The position numbers were made by a program, and so were the translations under genes. From Chitinophagales bacterium (GTDB lineage Bacteria > Bacteroidota > Bacteroidia > Chitinophagales > JABDMM01): a stretch of 64,000 bases of DNA. The notes under the pieces were generated by a model that was not told the DNA's origin, searched no databases, and saw only the letters and a program-made list of their open reading frames with translations. Numbering within the stretch: position 1 is the first letter of the stretch; each line of letters starts with the position of its first letter. Shown piece after piece: positions 20,346 to 32,033 of the stretch. The DNA is taken from positions 17,407 through 81,406 of the forward strand of contig JABDMM010000115.1 of the NCBI GenBank assembly GCA_013001465.1, in the 5' to 3' direction.

Positions 20346-21212
20346 ATGGTTTTATTATTTGTAGGAAAAACAATTTTATATCTTATCGGTGGCTTGATAG
20401 CCTATATAGGTATCATTCTTGGGATATCATATGGTATCAAAGCACTTGTAAACATTAAAAACAGAGATAAAATAATTGAAGAGAACAGGAACAATCCTGA
20501 AATGCAGCCTGCATATATAAAAAAGTATCCAGAAGCGGATCTGAGAAATTTTTCAAAGATGGCATTTCTTGTAGGGATGATTTTTGCTCTTACTACTGTG
20601 ATCTTTGCATTCACATTTACACCTAGTGATAAGGGGCCGCAAGATCTTGGGACATATCTTGAAGAGGAAGATTTTGAGATAGAACCACCACAAACTCAGC
20701 AAAAACCACCACCTCCCCCACCTCCTCCACCACCTGAAATTGAAATCGTGGAAGATGAGGAAGTACTCGAAGAAGAACCTGAAATCGAAGATATTGAAGT
20801 TGAGGAGGATGAAATAATTGAAGCTCCTATTATCGAGGAAGAAGAGCCGGCAGAGCCAGACTTTTTTACTATTGTAGAGGACATGCCTGCTTTCAAGGGA
20901 TGTGAAAATGTAAAGAACAAAGACGAACGTAAAAAATGTACTGATCTGGAAATCCAAAAATATCTTGCTAAGATCCGTTATCCACCTCAGGCTAAGGAAC
21001 TGGAGATAGAAGGAACTGTAATTATTCGTTTCCTTGTAGATAAGACCGGTGAAGTAGCCGAAGCAACTTTGGTTCGAGGTCCAGATAAAATCTTGAATGA
21101 TGCCGCTTTACAGCACGTTAAAAACATGCCTAGATGGACACCTGGAAAGCAACGTGGGAAACCTGTGAGAGTGCAGTACATTGTACCTATTAAGTTCAGA
21201 TTACAATACTGA
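20346..21212 (+). CDS. tonB: Energy transducer TonB
   Basis: TM anchor, Pro/Glu-rich linker (PPPPPPPPPEIEIVEDEE), and C-terminal domain YPPQAKELEIEG..WTPGKQRGKPVRVQYIVPIKF. Confidence 0.9.
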   Translation: MVLLFVGKTILYLIGGLIAYIGIILGISYGIKALVNIKNRDKIIEENRNNPEMQPAYIKKYPEADLRNFSKMAFLVGMIFALTTVIFAFTFTPSDKGPQDLGTYLEEEDFEIEPPQTQQKPPPPPPPPPPEIEIVEDEEVLEEEPEIEDIEVEEDEIIEAPIIEEEEPAEPDFFTIVEDMPAFKGCENVKNKDERKKCTDLEIQKYLAKIRYPPQAKELEIEGTVIIRFLVDKTGEVAEATLVRGPDKILNDAALQHVKNMPRWTPGKQRGKPVRVQYIVPIKFRLQY

Positions 21213-21213
21213 T

Positions 21214-22257
21214 CTAATTTTTTAACAATTCTTTAAACGATTGGATCTGACTTTCGTCCCCTAGTATTATAAGTTTTGAGTCTAGAGTTAGACTTTCTGA
21301 ATCCTGCGGGTTGATAATGAAATCCCCATTGTCTTTTCTCAACGCTACGATATATGCACCGGTTTGATTTCTGACATCCAATTCGCCTAGGGTTCTTTTG
21401 ACTTCTTTTTGAGCTAAATTATCTACTGTGCATTCTTCAAAATAAATGTTTACTCCTCTATGAGAAACTTCATTCAGGAACTCTACCAAATTAGGCTTGG
21501 TAACAAGTTGTGCCATATGTAATCCACCTACATGTTCCGGCATGATAACGTGAGTTGCTCCGGCATGCTTTAACTTCTGTTGGGATGAGCGATTTGATGC
21601 TCTACTGATAATATTAATATCCTTATTTAACTGAATTGCTGAAAGAACTACATATACATTGTCAGCATCTTTAGGTAAAGTAGTAATAAGTGTCTTTGCT
21701 TGCTCTACGTTAAGCTGAATTAGGTGATCTTCGTCTGTTGCATCACCTTCAACAACCCGGAAAGGTTTGTCACCCTCGAATTCTTCTATAATTTGCGGAT
21801 TGGATTCTATGATCACAAATTCCTTCCCTTCATTGTGTAACTCCTCTACGATCTGCTTTCCCAGCCTCCCAAATCCACAAACAATGATATGATCTTTTAG
21901 TTTGGAAATTTCTCGTTGCATTCTGATAGATTTAATTACGCTTTTAAGTTCACCATCGATGATCATCGTCGTCATCGTGCTAATAAAGTATGCAAAAATA
22001 CCGATATTGGATAAGATCAAGACTGCAGTAAATACTCTGCCTCCGTCTGATAGCGGCTTGACTTCTGTAAATCCGACCGTTGAGACAGTAATTATCGTCA
22101 TGTATAAAGCCTCTAGAAAGCTGTAGCTCTCAAGAATCATATACCCGACTATTCCCGACAGCAGGATAAAAACAAACAGTGTGATTGCAGTATAAATACG
22201 TCTCAGAAAATTCTTTCTAATAGCACGAGACCTCCGATCTATATGAAAATGTTGCAT
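21214..22257 (-). CDS. Two-TM potassium channel with RCK (TrkA-N/TrkA-C) domains
   Basis: Pore helix YMTIITVSTVGF, Rossmann motif HIIVCGFGRLG, GDAT, and a C-terminal TrkA-C domain. Confidence 0.9.
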   Translation of the reverse strand: MQHFHIDRRSRAIRKNFLRRIYTAITLFVFILLSGIVGYMILESYSFLEALYMTIITVSTVGFTEVKPLSDGGRVFTAVLILSNIGIFAYFISTMTTMIIDGELKSVIKSIRMQREISKLKDHIIVCGFGRLGKQIVEELHNEGKEFVIIESNPQIIEEFEGDKPFRVVEGDATDEDHLIQLNVEQAKTLITTLPKDADNVYVVLSAIQLNKDINIISRASNRSSQQKLKHAGATHVIMPEHVGGLHMAQLVTKPNLVEFLNEVSHRGVNIYFEECTVDNLAQKEVKRTLGELDVRNQTGAYIVALRKDNGDFIINPQDSESLTLDSKLIILGDESQIQSFKELLKN

Positions 22258-22407
22258 TAGGGCTGAAAAATAGAAATAACTTTTGAATTACATGTTTGAG
22301 TATATGTAGGAACTACCAACAATTACACCCATAATTCGTTTTAACTTAATATCCATCGTATTTTTATGAAATTAATGGTATCACTTTTGCGTTGTATAGC
22401 AACTGAT

Positions 22408-24234
22408 ATGAAAAGAAATTCTATACTTATAATTTTACTACTGCTTTTTGGCGTCGTGATTGGTCAAACCGATCAGGATCATGCTCTTGCTCAGCAATAT
22501 TATTCCAACGGCGAGTATGAAAAAGCAGCAGAATTGTATGAAAAGCTTTGGGATAAAAATCCTGGAAATACTTTCTATTACAGCAGCTTGTTTAGAACTC
22601 TACTGAGTCTGAAAGACTACGACGCGCTGGAAAAAGTTATTAAAAAACAATCCAAAAGAGACAAGAACAATCCCAAATACCTTGTGGATATGGGATATGT
22701 CTATAAACAAAGAGGTGAGCTTAATGAAGGTGAAAAGAGCTATGACGATGCTCTCAAGAGTATGTCGGCAGATGAGCGCTTGATCCGAAGTCTCGCAAAT
22801 ACCTTCAACTCCTTTCGTGAAGATGAATATGTAGTCCTTACTTATGAAAAGGGTGCCGAGCTACTCAACAACAGACTTGTATTTAGTTTTGAGCTTGCTA
22901 ATGCATATCAAAATGCAGGGAAAGATGCCAAAGCAGTTGAGAATTATCTTTTTGCAATTGAAAAAAATCAGAATCAACTTCAAAGAGTTAAGAATAATAT
23001 CCAAAATTCAAAGGCCAAAAAAGCCCTGTTTAATGAATTGGAGACGCAGCTGTATAAAAAAATACAGCGAAATCCCGATCGGGATGTTTATCCCGACCTT
23101 CTAATTTGGTTGTATGTACAAAGAAAAGATTTTGAGTCTGCTCTGATCCAGGCAAAAGCAATAGACCGAAGAAAAAAAGAAAACGGTATGAGAGTATATC
23201 GCCTCGCAAAGGCAGCTCTTACAGAAAAAAATTATGAAAGTGCGATCGATGCATACGAATATATTCTGGATAAAGGGAAAGCAAACGATTTGTATGTAAC
23301 TGCAAAGAGAGAATTGTTGAACTGCCGTAAAGAACGTTTGGAAAATAATGTGGACTACACAGTTCAGGATGTAAATTTTTTAAGGAAAGAGTACTTATCT
23401 TTTCTAGATGAAAATGGCAAAAATCCGGCAACTGCCTCTACGATAAGGGAACTGGCTCAGCTGGAAGCATTTTATTCTCACGATCTCGACGCGGCGATCG
23501 GTATACTGGAAGAACTCATAGCTATGCCAAGTCTTCCTGGCAAGATCAAATCTATGTGTAAACTTGACCTTGGAGATTATTATGTACTGAAAGGGGATGT
23601 TTGGGAAGCCACTTTACTTTATGCCCAGGTCGATAAATCTGAAAAGGACTCTCCTATCGGTGAGGATGCCAGATTTAGAAATGCTAAACTTTCGTACTAT
23701 AAAGGAGAATTTGAATGGGCGCAGGCGCAATTGAATATTTTAAAAGCTTCTACCACAGAGCTGATCGCGAATGATGCTTTGAACTTGTCGATCTTTATTA
23801 TGGATAACTTAGGACTAGACACTGTTTTACTTCCCATGGAAATGTTCTCCAGGGCGGAACTTCTCATGTTCCAAAATAGAGACGATGATGCAATAGAAGT
23901 CTTGGACTCGATCAATCTATATTTTCCCGGACATAACCTCACTGATGATATTCTCTTTGCTAAAGCTAAGATCCATTTCAGGAAAAAGGATTTTCCTAAA
24001 ACACAGGAATTTCTAGAAAATGTAATTAATATTTATGGCGATGATCTTCTTGCAGATGATGCTACTTTTATGCTGGCAGAAATGCATGAAAAGCAATTTG
24101 GAGATACAGAAAAAGCCATGGAGCTATACAAGGATATCATCATCAACTTCAAAGACAGTGTTCTTGTTGTCGAGGCCCGGAAACGATTCAGATCATTAAG
24201 AGGAGATTTTGTTGTACCAGAACAATTTAACTAG
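22408..24234 (+). CDS. Exported tetratricopeptide-repeat protein
   Basis: Signal peptide, then repeated TPR helices (LAQQYYSNGEYEKAAELYEKL, ALTEKNYESAIDAYEYIL, LAEMHEKQFGDTEKAMELYK). ATG at 22408 preferred; the ORF track starts at 22366. Confidence 0.85.
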   Translation: MKRNSILIILLLLFGVVIGQTDQDHALAQQYYSNGEYEKAAELYEKLWDKNPGNTFYYSSLFRTLLSLKDYDALEKVIKKQSKRDKNNPKYLVDMGYVYKQRGELNEGEKSYDDALKSMSADERLIRSLANTFNSFREDEYVVLTYEKGAELLNNRLVFSFELANAYQNAGKDAKAVENYLFAIEKNQNQLQRVKNNIQNSKAKKALFNELETQLYKKIQRNPDRDVYPDLLIWLYVQRKDFESALIQAKAIDRRKKENGMRVYRLAKAALTEKNYESAIDAYEYILDKGKANDLYVTAKRELLNCRKERLENNVDYTVQDVNFLRKEYLSFLDENGKNPATASTIRELAQLEAFYSHDLDAAIGILEELIAMPSLPGKIKSMCKLDLGDYYVLKGDVWEATLLYAQVDKSEKDSPIGEDARFRNAKLSYYKGEFEWAQAQLNILKASTTELIANDALNLSIFIMDNLGLDTVLLPMEMFSRAELLMFQNRDDDAIEVLDSINLYFPGHNLTDDILFAKAKIHFRKKDFPKTQEFLENVINIYGDDLLADDATFMLAEMHEKQFGDTEKAMELYKDIIINFKDSVLVVEARKRFRSLRGDFVVPEQFN

Positions 24235-24311
24235 CTCCGTTCTACTTATCTCAATATGCATTCCTTTTCTTTAGTTTGTAGGATAAAACTTGAAACCTGA
24301 GTTCTAACAAT

Positions 24312-24348
24312 AAAAAAACCACGGTACAAAAAATTCATACCGTGGTTT
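24312..24348 (-). terminator. Intrinsic terminator of the large T9SS gene
   Basis: Perfect 11-bp stem AAACCACGGTA / TACCGTGGTTT with a run of T following on the minus strand, about 20 nt past the stop at 24370. Confidence 0.85.
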
Positions 24349-24369
24349 AAATAAATTAACGATTTACTG

Positions 24370-27300
24370 TTATTGAACTATAATAAGTTTCTCAGTAAAG
24401 CTTTCAGTATCTGTTTTAATAATGACGTTGTAATAACCCGCCGCCAGAGATTCTACATTTATTGTTCTGTTTTGAACATCCGATCTCAACATTTCTTTTC
24501 CACTCAAATCCAGAATTGTCACTGAGAACTCGCCAACATGATCATGTAGTTTAAGCGAAAATGAGCCCTGTGTTGGATTTGGATAGATCATTGCACTTGG
24601 ATTCAGTTGTGCCACATCAACTTTTGCAGGTGGTGCTGGTGGTGTTGTAAAGGTAGTAACGTTTACAGTATTGGGATTTGTGAATACGACCACACCAGGT
24701 CCGTCCTGACAAGCAGCTTGAACTGTCCAGCTAAAACATGTATTTGCTGCCAGACCGCCAACATTTCTTGAAGTATTGGTTTTGCCTGCAATATCCAAAG
24801 AAGTTCCAAAACTGGTACAGACACCACCAGACACTCTATATCCGATGACTTGATTATAAGCGATCTGATTCCAATTTAAAGTAGCAGTGGTCTGTGTAAT
24901 ATTGGTAGTGCTAAGACCAGCAGGTGCATCACACGTTCCTGTTGTAAACTGAGTAAGACCAGACCAAGGAGTAAACACTGTACCCGCCTGATCACAAACA
25001 GCACGAACTTCCCATTGGTAAGTTGCACCAGATGATAAATTTGTTGCCTGTATTTGGCCTGAAGTACCGGACACCGTTAAATTAACATTACTCGGATCGG
25101 TTACTTTCTTACCACGAACCTGGAAAGTGTTCGTCCCCGGAAGGACATCCCAAACCAATTTTGCACGAGTTAATCGAATATCTATGGTAGTAACTCCTGT
25201 GACGGTTGCACTAGGGCTGCAATTCGATGGCTCATCGATCACGACCTGATCTGTGGCCGTGCAACCAACTGCATCGGTAACGGTCACAAAGTATGTACCT
25301 GCAGAGATACCACTGATATCTTCCGTTGTCGCCGTGTTCGACCAGAAATAAGTGTATGGAGAAATTCCACCGCTAACAGTTAAATCGGCTGAACCATCTG
25401 AAGCTCCCGTCGAAGATGCATTTGTTCCGACAATGGAAGTTGCGATCGATGAAGGGACAATTGAAGTGGCTGCAGATCTTCCGCTGCTAGAACAACCAGG
25501 AATTAACAATTCCATATTATAAAAGAAGTAGTAGTAAGCAGCCAAGTTATTGTCTGTACCTGTAATTGTTACATTTCCGCTTGGTGAGACATATGGGTAT
25601 GAAGCACCTGAGAAATTTCTAAATAAGTTGCTGGATGTCTCCGCTTCAATTAAAATACCTGTACCTGCAGGTAGTTCCAGATTAAGTTCATACCTGGCAT
25701 CTACGTCCATAAATACAGTAACTGAACTAAACAACACATCATTCTCATCATATACATTGAAAGTTCTGTTAGCTGCCGAACCGGGGTAGAAGAAAGCAGA
25801 TTTCAAAGTTACCGGTTGGTTTACATTCAATAATAAACCTTGGCGGGAATTGTAAAAACCACCGCCACCGATCGTATTATCTATTACACCTACAAATTCA
25901 TTTGTTTCGGTTGTTGCTTCACAATACAATGTTGTCGTTGAAGAAATACTTATGGTTAAGCTGGTATCTGTACCAACAATATTTCCTCCAACAGCAGAAT
26001 CGTACCAAACAAAAGCATCTCCAATACCTGAAGCAGAGAATGTCGCCATTCCACCTCCACAGACCGTATCACCTGAAACTGTGGGTAGTGGTGGGCTAAG
26101 TAAACTTTCAAATACAAGTGATATGGTATCATTCGATGCCTTGCCATCTCCGTCTCTGTTAGTCCAGGCTTTAATTACATTCTCGCCCGGTGTAGTAAGG
26201 TCGACAGTTGCATTAAGCGTGAATACTGCCTGAGATCCGGCAACTAAGAGAGATGCAATGGTAACAGTATCATGTGTTACCGTTCCACCATTGACCTGGA
26301 ATGCCAAAGGAATATCTTCAGGGCCACTAATTGTTGCTGAAGCAAAGTTTTTGATCGTCAACGAAATTGCTTCATTGGCCGTGAGGTCACAACCCTCAGA
26401 AGTACTAATATCGACCACTCCTACATCGTTGAGAGATATTTCACGGATCAGTACATTATCAAAGCCAAATCCATCATCCTGAACAGATCCATCCGCTCCG
26501 AAAGCGACCCTTAGGAATACTTCTGGTTCACCTACGAAGATATTAAGATCATGCCTAGCAGTTACCCAGCCACCGCTTCCATTTGAAGTAGAAGCCCGAC
26601 CAGTCCATCCTTGAGATGAGCCGCCCGGAGAGCCATTGATTGTATTGTCATTGTACCAATTATCTGGTTCTCCAAAGGAACCAACCGTTGTCCAACTTTC
26701 TCCAAAATCTGTAGATCCTTGTAAAACAGCTCCATCAAAACTAAATTCTGAATTCCACCAGACATCCATAAGTATTTCAATACTCGATAGTGCTCCAAAA
26801 TTTAAACATGGACTCTCAACATAAGAATTCTCATTAGGATTATAGAACCCGGCTTCACCCACACTATTGAGAGATGTAGTATCCGCACCACCAGTTGTCC
26901 AAGCCTGTGTTCCATCAGAAGCTCCTTTAATCGTATTGTGGCCTGGCACACCTAAAGCCCACGTATTTCCACTACCTGATGATGACCACCCTGCAGAACC
27001 GCTTTCAAAACTTTCTAAATATGGGAATATTGCTACCGAAGGAACATTCTTAAATGACACAACAGCAGCATCATTTGTTGAGTTTGGGTCAGCGTTTTGT
27101 TTGATTTTAATAGCTACCTGATAATTTCCATATGCGGATAGATCAACCTGAGTTGGGAAAATATAAAATTTAGTCCCTCCGGGATTGATACCTGTTGTTA
27201 TTGTATCTGTAAGAATTCCACTATTGATTTCTCCAGTGACTTGAACCTCTACAGCAATAGGAGGTGAAGCAACTACTTCTCCAAAGTTTTTAATTGCTAC

Positions 27301-28923
27301 GAACACCAACTCGCTCGATGATAGGTCACATCCATTGGAAGGTGCATAGACAGTAGCGATTCCTACATCCGGAATAGTTGGATCTGAAACTTTAAAATCA
27401 TCTATACAAATATCGCTTGTAAAAGTACTCCCCCGAACAGCCCTGAAACGTATTTGAACAGTTTTATTCAAGTATGCTGTAAGTGTGTCTTTTACTTCGA
27501 TCCACGGATCGCTTCCTGCAGCTTGTTGTGAGCTATCTATAAAAGGTATAAAGTCTAAGACCCATCCTGTACCATCGTTGATATCAAAATGCAATTCACC
27601 CATGGCAGCTCCGTACATGTGAAACCAAAAGCTGAGGACCGGAAGAGAAACACCTGACAAATCTATTTCCGGGCTCACTAACATGGCAGTGTCCCCTGTT
27701 GCACCGCTAGAAGATTCAGTATACATATATATTCCACCCGAAGAACCAAAATTAGTGTGATCGTAAAAAGGACCTGTACCTGATGAATTTTCGTTAGCTC
27801 CTGTTGCATCTTCAACATACCACTGATAAGCAGTTTCTGAGGAAGACGTCCAATCATTTAACAATACTCCCGGACTTCCAACAATAAACGTTTCAAAATC
27901 CTCTTTATATGGAACAGGCTTTGGGCCAATACTTACCACTGTTATACAAAGTGTGTCATTTGAGGGATCCTCATCAATTCCACCATTTGGGCTTTGGGTC
28001 CATGCACATATAGTGTATGTTCCTGTCCCAAATGTATCTAAGCCTATAGAAACTGTATCTGAAAACTTATTAATTCCAACAGAAGGTCCGGAATAAGCAA
28101 CAGGTCCAAAATTAGTTGTACTGCCGCCATCGAGGGTTACCGAAGCATATAGATCAACAGTACTTATAATTGTACCGCCAAGGTTTTTGAAAATCACATC
28201 TATAGAAACCGGTCCCTGATCCTGACTTGCCTGAAAATTCGGAAAAGATGTTACAGAAACATCAAGAGAAGGCGGAGGAGAGTATGAAATTAAGAGATTG
28301 GGTCTTCTATTAGGGTTTGTGGGGTCTACAATATCAAGAGTAGTTGGCGTTGAACTTCCAAAATCTCCAATGGTTTGTAAGCCCGCAGCAGTTGAAAATC
28401 TCCAGTTAATTCCTCCATTAACCGGAGGGTCAATAGCTGATATATCGAAATCTATTGACACCTGAAGGTCACCTCCCGTATAAGTAAATGGTGTTACCGG
28501 TATCATGATCCAACCTACAGTATCACCTACCTGAAAAGTAGTAGTAGATAGAACATTAGTCGCAGTTGGAATGACCTGGGTTGCCCAATTGACCCCTGAA
28601 AGGAGTGATGTTTTGTTGACATTCTCCAGGTAGATATCCAGACTCGCATCTATAAGTGTTTTATTCGTATTCGCCTTGTAAAATGCAATTTTTGTTATGA
28701 CTGATCCTGAGTCCAGCGCAGCGAGCTCACCAGAAGTAAACAAGTAAGAGTATCTGCTAAAGTCAAAAACATTTGTTGGAGATGGCTTGTAAAATGGGCC
28801 ATATAATGTTGAAACTGTAGTCTCAGTTCCTATCTGAGTAGTGAATTGAGCAGACGCCGTCGTGATCCCAATTATGCATACCAATAGTAATGGCATTAGG
28901 AATCTGGTAAAGGTACCTTTCAT
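24370..28923 (-). CDS. Large T9SS-secreted multidomain surface protein (MAM-like, Ig-like, SprB-type repeat, 2x FN3, CTD)
   Basis: 1517 aa. Signal peptide; MAM-like segment ([34 protein letters not shown]); SprB-type repeat ([35 protein letters not shown]); FN3 (YQWEVRAVC); CTD IYPNPT...FTEKLIIVQ. Confidence 0.88.
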   Translation of the reverse strand: MKGTFTRFLMPLLLVCIIGITTASAQFTTQIGTETTVSTLYGPFYKPSPTNVFDFSRYSYLFTSGELAALDSGSVITKIAFYKANTNKTLIDASLDIYLENVNKTSLLSGVNWATQVIPTATNVLSTTTFQVGDTVGWIMIPVTPFTYTGGDLQVSIDFDISAIDPPVNGGINWRFSTAAGLQTIGDFGSSTPTTLDIVDPTNPNRRPNLLISYSPPPSLDVSVTSFPNFQASQDQGPVSIDVIFKNLGGTIISTVDLYASVTLDGGSTTNFGPVAYSGPSVGINKFSDTVSIGLDTFGTGTYTICAWTQSPNGGIDEDPSNDTLCITVVSIGPKPVPYKEDFETFIVGSPGVLLNDWTSSSETAYQWYVEDATGANENSSGTGPFYDHTNFGSSGGIYMYTESSSGATGDTAMLVSPEIDLSGVSLPVLSFWFHMYGAAMGELHFDINDGTGWVLDFIPFIDSSQQAAGSDPWIEVKDTLTAYLNKTVQIRFRAVRGSTFTSDICIDDFKVSDPTIPDVGIATVYAPSNGCDLSSSELVFVAIKNFGEVVASPPIAVEVQVTGEINSGILTDTITTGINPGGTKFYIFPTQVDLSAYGNYQVAIKIKQNADPNSTNDAAVVSFKNVPSVAIFPYLESFESGSAGWSSSGSGNTWALGVPGHNTIKGASDGTQAWTTGGADTTSLNSVGEAGFYNPNENSYVESPCLNFGALSSIEILMDVWWNSEFSFDGAVLQGSTDFGESWTTVGSFGEPDNWYNDNTINGSPGGSSQGWTGRASTSNGSGGWVTARHDLNIFVGEPEVFLRVAFGADGSVQDDGFGFDNVLIREISLNDVGVVDISTSEGCDLTANEAISLTIKNFASATISGPEDIPLAFQVNGGTVTHDTVTIASLLVAGSQAVFTLNATVDLTTPGENVIKAWTNRDGDGKASNDTISLVFESLLSPPLPTVSGDTVCGGGMATFSASGIGDAFVWYDSAVGGNIVGTDTSLTISISSTTTLYCEATTETNEFVGVIDNTIGGGGFYNSRQGLLLNVNQPVTLKSAFFYPGSAANRTFNVYDENDVLFSSVTVFMDVDARYELNLELPAGTGILIEAETSSNLFRNFSGASYPYVSPSGNVTITGTDNNLAAYYYFFYNMELLIPGCSSSGRSAATSIVPSSIATSIVGTNASSTGASDGSADLTVSGGISPYTYFWSNTATTEDISGISAGTYFVTVTDAVGCTATDQVVIDEPSNCSPSATVTGVTTIDIRLTRAKLVWDVLPGTNTFQVRGKKVTDPSNVNLTVSGTSGQIQATNLSSGATYQWEVRAVCDQAGTVFTPWSGLTQFTTGTCDAPAGLSTTNITQTTATLNWNQIAYNQVIGYRVSGGVCTSFGTSLDIAGKTNTSRNVGGLAANTCFSWTVQAACQDGPGVVVFTNPNTVNVTTFTTPPAPPAKVDVAQLNPSAMIYPNPTQGSFSLKLHDHVGEFSVTILDLSGKEMLRSDVQNRTINVESLAAGYYNVIIKTDTESFTEKLIIVQ

Positions 28924-29120
28924 AATGTAATAAGTTTTAGGGTTAATTCTTGTACAAGATTGAGTTTAATAACATTAAATGTACACATTTTTTAATGAAA
29001 CAAAAATTATATAACTCTAATTAATATAGGTCTTAAGCAGCTTTAAGGACTGGAAAAGGTCTGTTAAAATTCTAAAATTAATGTGAAGATTGGTTTATTA
29101 TTGTTTAAAATAAGCAAGCT

Positions 29121-29435
29121 ATGTTTATCTATAATGTAACAGTAAAAATAGATCTCGACGTACATGATAAATGGCTCGACTGGATGTTATCGGTGCACAT
29201 TCCGGATGTTATGAAAACAGGGTATTTTATTGATAATCAAATATTCAGGATACTTCAGTCTGACGAAAGTGAAGGCATATCCTATGCAATTCAATATACT
29301 GCCCGAAATTTTGGAGATTATAATGAATATCAAAATTCTGAAGCCGCACGATTACAAAAAGAACATAGTGAGAAATTTGAAGGTAAGTTTATCGCATACA
29401 GGACTCTAATGCGACCTCTTGCTCATTCTGAGTAA
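29121..29435 (+). CDS. DUF4286 family protein
   Basis: MFIYNVTVKI..HDKWLDWM..HIPDVMKTGYF..SYAIQY, the pattern of this family. Confidence 0.88.
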   Translation: MFIYNVTVKIDLDVHDKWLDWMLSVHIPDVMKTGYFIDNQIFRILQSDESEGISYAIQYTARNFGDYNEYQNSEAARLQKEHSEKFEGKFIAYRTLMRPLAHSE

Positions 29436-31942
29436 TAGACTCGTTTAACCCGTGCAGAGATCCCGGTAAGTAATTCATAAGGAATGCAGCCTATCTTTTC
29501 TGCCATTGATGCGACTGTGTTTTCTTCACCAAAAACCAGCACTTCATCACCTTCCTCAGCTTCAATATCTGTAAGATCGATCATTGCCATATCCATGCAT
29601 ACGCTACCTACAATTTTAGCTTCTGCACCATTTACTATAACATGTCCTACACCATTAGAGAATCTTCTATCGAGCCCATCAGCGTAACCGATAGCTATGA
29701 TACCGATCTGCATATCTCGCTCAGCTACACCACTGCGACCATAGCCAATAGTGTCTCCGGTACTGATCTTTCTGATCTGAGAAACAACTGATCTTAACCG
29801 ACCTACAGTTTCTAACTTATCGTTTAAAGTTCCACTGGGATCAATACCGTAAAGTCCAAGACCAATTCTAACCATATCGAATTGTGCCTTAGTGAACCTG
29901 ACGATGCCTGAAGAATTAAGAATGTGCCTGAGGACCGGATAATCTAATGCCGACATTAAAAACTTGCTCATTCGGTCAAACCGTTCGATCTGAGACCACG
30001 TAAACTCGTCATGATGTTCAGATTCTGCGGCTGCGAGGTGTGAAAAGATCGATTTCACTTCGATCCCTTTCATTTTCTTGAGCTTATTGGAAAGTGATTC
30101 CAATTCCTCCTCCAGAAATCCCAGCCTATTCATTCCGGTATCCAGCTTAAGATGGATCGGGAACGAGCCCCGAACCCCCATCTCACGAAGGACCTTTACA
30201 AACTTTCTGAGAATCCTGAACGAGTAAATTTCCGGTTCCAGTTCATATTTGATGATGGTTTCAAAGCTTCGAACTTCCGGATTCATAACCATTATCGGCA
30301 GCTTAATACCTGCCTTTCTCAACTGCACGCCCTCATCAGTATAGGCGACAGTGATATAATCGACTCTGTTAAATTCTAATATATTCGCGATCTCATAAGC
30401 TCCGGCACCATAAGCAAAAGCTTTTACCATGGCCATGCACTTTGTCTCAGGATGTAACAAGTTTTGGTAGACTTTCAGGTTGTTCCGGATCGCATTTAAA
30501 TTGATCTCGAATACTGTTTCATGGGCTTTTTCTTCCAGGAGTTTCGATATGCGTTCAAACCGAAAACTTCGTGCTCCCTTGATCAGTATTGTTTCAAACT
30601 GAAAAGTATCTGCCTCCAATTCTTTCAGGCAGCTTTCTGTATCTGGAAAATTATGATATTCCAGGTCGTTCAAGTTCTCGAATATTTTTTTCTGTCGAAC
30701 CAAGGCTGGACCTATCCCTATCATTTTATTGATATCGCTGTTTGCGATCATTTCTCCAACTTCGCTATAAAGATCCATCTCGTTTTTCCCGCTTTCAAGA
30801 ATATCCGAAAGGATCAACGTTTTTTGCTTATATGTGGCTTGCTGTTTTAAAAAATCGAGAGCGATCTTAAGCGAGCCCAGATCCGAATTATATGCATCAT
30901 TGATCAGAGTGCAATTGTTCACTGCTTTCTTCATCTCCAACCTCATCGCGACCGGAGTAAGCCCTTTCATTCTTTTGGCGATGGTCTCGAAATCGATGCC
31001 AAGATATATCAACAAACAGATACAATGGATCGCATTCTCTATGGAAGCCTCATCGGTGAATGGGATCTCGATCTCATGAAGTCTGTCTTTATATTTGGGG
31101 ATGATGTACGTCTTATTTGCTGCTTTATGAATACCGCGTATCCTTACATCAGAGTCCCCATTATAGGACCAAGTAAAGGTTTTAAAAATATCGTCATCAA
31201 TGCGATGCTGAATTATCTCGCCAATACTTTGATTTATCTCATGAGAATCCTTGCAATAGATCAACGCCTCACAATTAATAAATAGCTTTAGTTTTTCTTT
31301 CGTCTTATGGGAGATATTGAGAAAACCTTCGTTATGCGCTTCACCAATATTGGTAAAAATCCCGATCGTAGGCTTGATCACATTCTCCAGCTTATCCATT
31401 TCGCCGGGCTCAGAAATACCCGCCTCAAAAATCCCCATCTCATGAAAATCATGCATTTCCCAAACCGATAAAGGGACTCCGATTTGCGAATTATAGCTTT
31501 TAGGGCTTCTGACGATCGCATAATCATCCGATAAAAGCTGAAACAGCCATTCCTTCACGATCGTTTTCCCATTACTTCCTGTAACACCGATCACGGGAGC
31601 ATCGAATCGCTGTCTGTGTGAAGCAGCAAGAGTTTGTAATGCTGTGACAGTATCTTTAACATGAACAAAAGCAGCCCCAGGATAAGTGTCGATGTTGATC
31701 TTCTTACTTACGATGAAATTTCTGACACCTTTAGTGTAGAGTTCTTCTATATAATTATGACCATCAAGTCTTTTACCTTCAATGGCGAAAAACAAACTAG
31801 TCTCAGCCTCAGTAAGCATTCTGCTATCTAGTAGGAGGTGCTTTATTACATCATCACGCTCCGGCATTTTAAGAAACTGCCCCTTGACAATCTCTTTAAT
31901 TTTGATGATATTATATATGTCTGTTATAACGACTGGCGGCAT
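29423..31942 (-). CDS. alr: Bifunctional MurF-like ligase / alanine racemase
   Basis: Mur ligase half (DSR, GVTGSNGKT, NDAYNSD, KGAR) fused to Alr (PLP-Lys in MVKAFAYG, HLKLDTGMNRLG, FSHLA, IGYADG, VCMDM, IPYELLT). Confidence 0.94.
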   Translation of the reverse strand: MPPVVITDIYNIIKIKEIVKGQFLKMPERDDVIKHLLLDSRMLTEAETSLFFAIEGKRLDGHNYIEELYTKGVRNFIVSKKINIDTYPGAAFVHVKDTVTALQTLAASHRQRFDAPVIGVTGSNGKTIVKEWLFQLLSDDYAIVRSPKSYNSQIGVPLSVWEMHDFHEMGIFEAGISEPGEMDKLENVIKPTIGIFTNIGEAHNEGFLNISHKTKEKLKLFINCEALIYCKDSHEINQSIGEIIQHRIDDDIFKTFTWSYNGDSDVRIRGIHKAANKTYIIPKYKDRLHEIEIPFTDEASIENAIHCICLLIYLGIDFETIAKRMKGLTPVAMRLEMKKAVNNCTLINDAYNSDLGSLKIALDFLKQQATYKQKTLILSDILESGKNEMDLYSEVGEMIANSDINKMIGIGPALVRQKKIFENLNDLEYHNFPDTESCLKELEADTFQFETILIKGARSFRFERISKLLEEKAHETVFEINLNAIRNNLKVYQNLLHPETKCMAMVKAFAYGAGAYEIANILEFNRVDYITVAYTDEGVQLRKAGIKLPIMVMNPEVRSFETIIKYELEPEIYSFRILRKFVKVLREMGVRGSFPIHLKLDTGMNRLGFLEEELESLSNKLKKMKGIEVKSIFSHLAAAESEHHDEFTWSQIERFDRMSKFLMSALDYPVLRHILNSSGIVRFTKAQFDMVRIGLGLYGIDPSGTLNDKLETVGRLRSVVSQIRKISTGDTIGYGRSGVAERDMQIGIIAIGYADGLDRRFSNGVGHVIVNGAEAKIVGSVCMDMAMIDLTDIEAEEGDEVLVFGEENTVASMAEKIGCIPYELLTGISARVKRVYYSE

Positions 31943-32033
31943 TTAGTATCTTATCAAAGAATAAAAAAAAATGTAAATTCTAAACAATTTTAACACAAGG
32001 AATCTTTATATAGTGCATACAATAGCTTAAGTT

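Noticed and set aside
20700-20850. CCA/CCT and GAA low-complexity repeats
   Set aside because: They encode the normal Pro/Glu-rich TonB linker.
29423-31942. MurF-Alr fusion (and the IcmF fusion at 6028-9381) as novel fusions
   Set aside because: Both are known architectures: MurF-Alr is common in Bacteroidota and IcmF is biochemically characterised.
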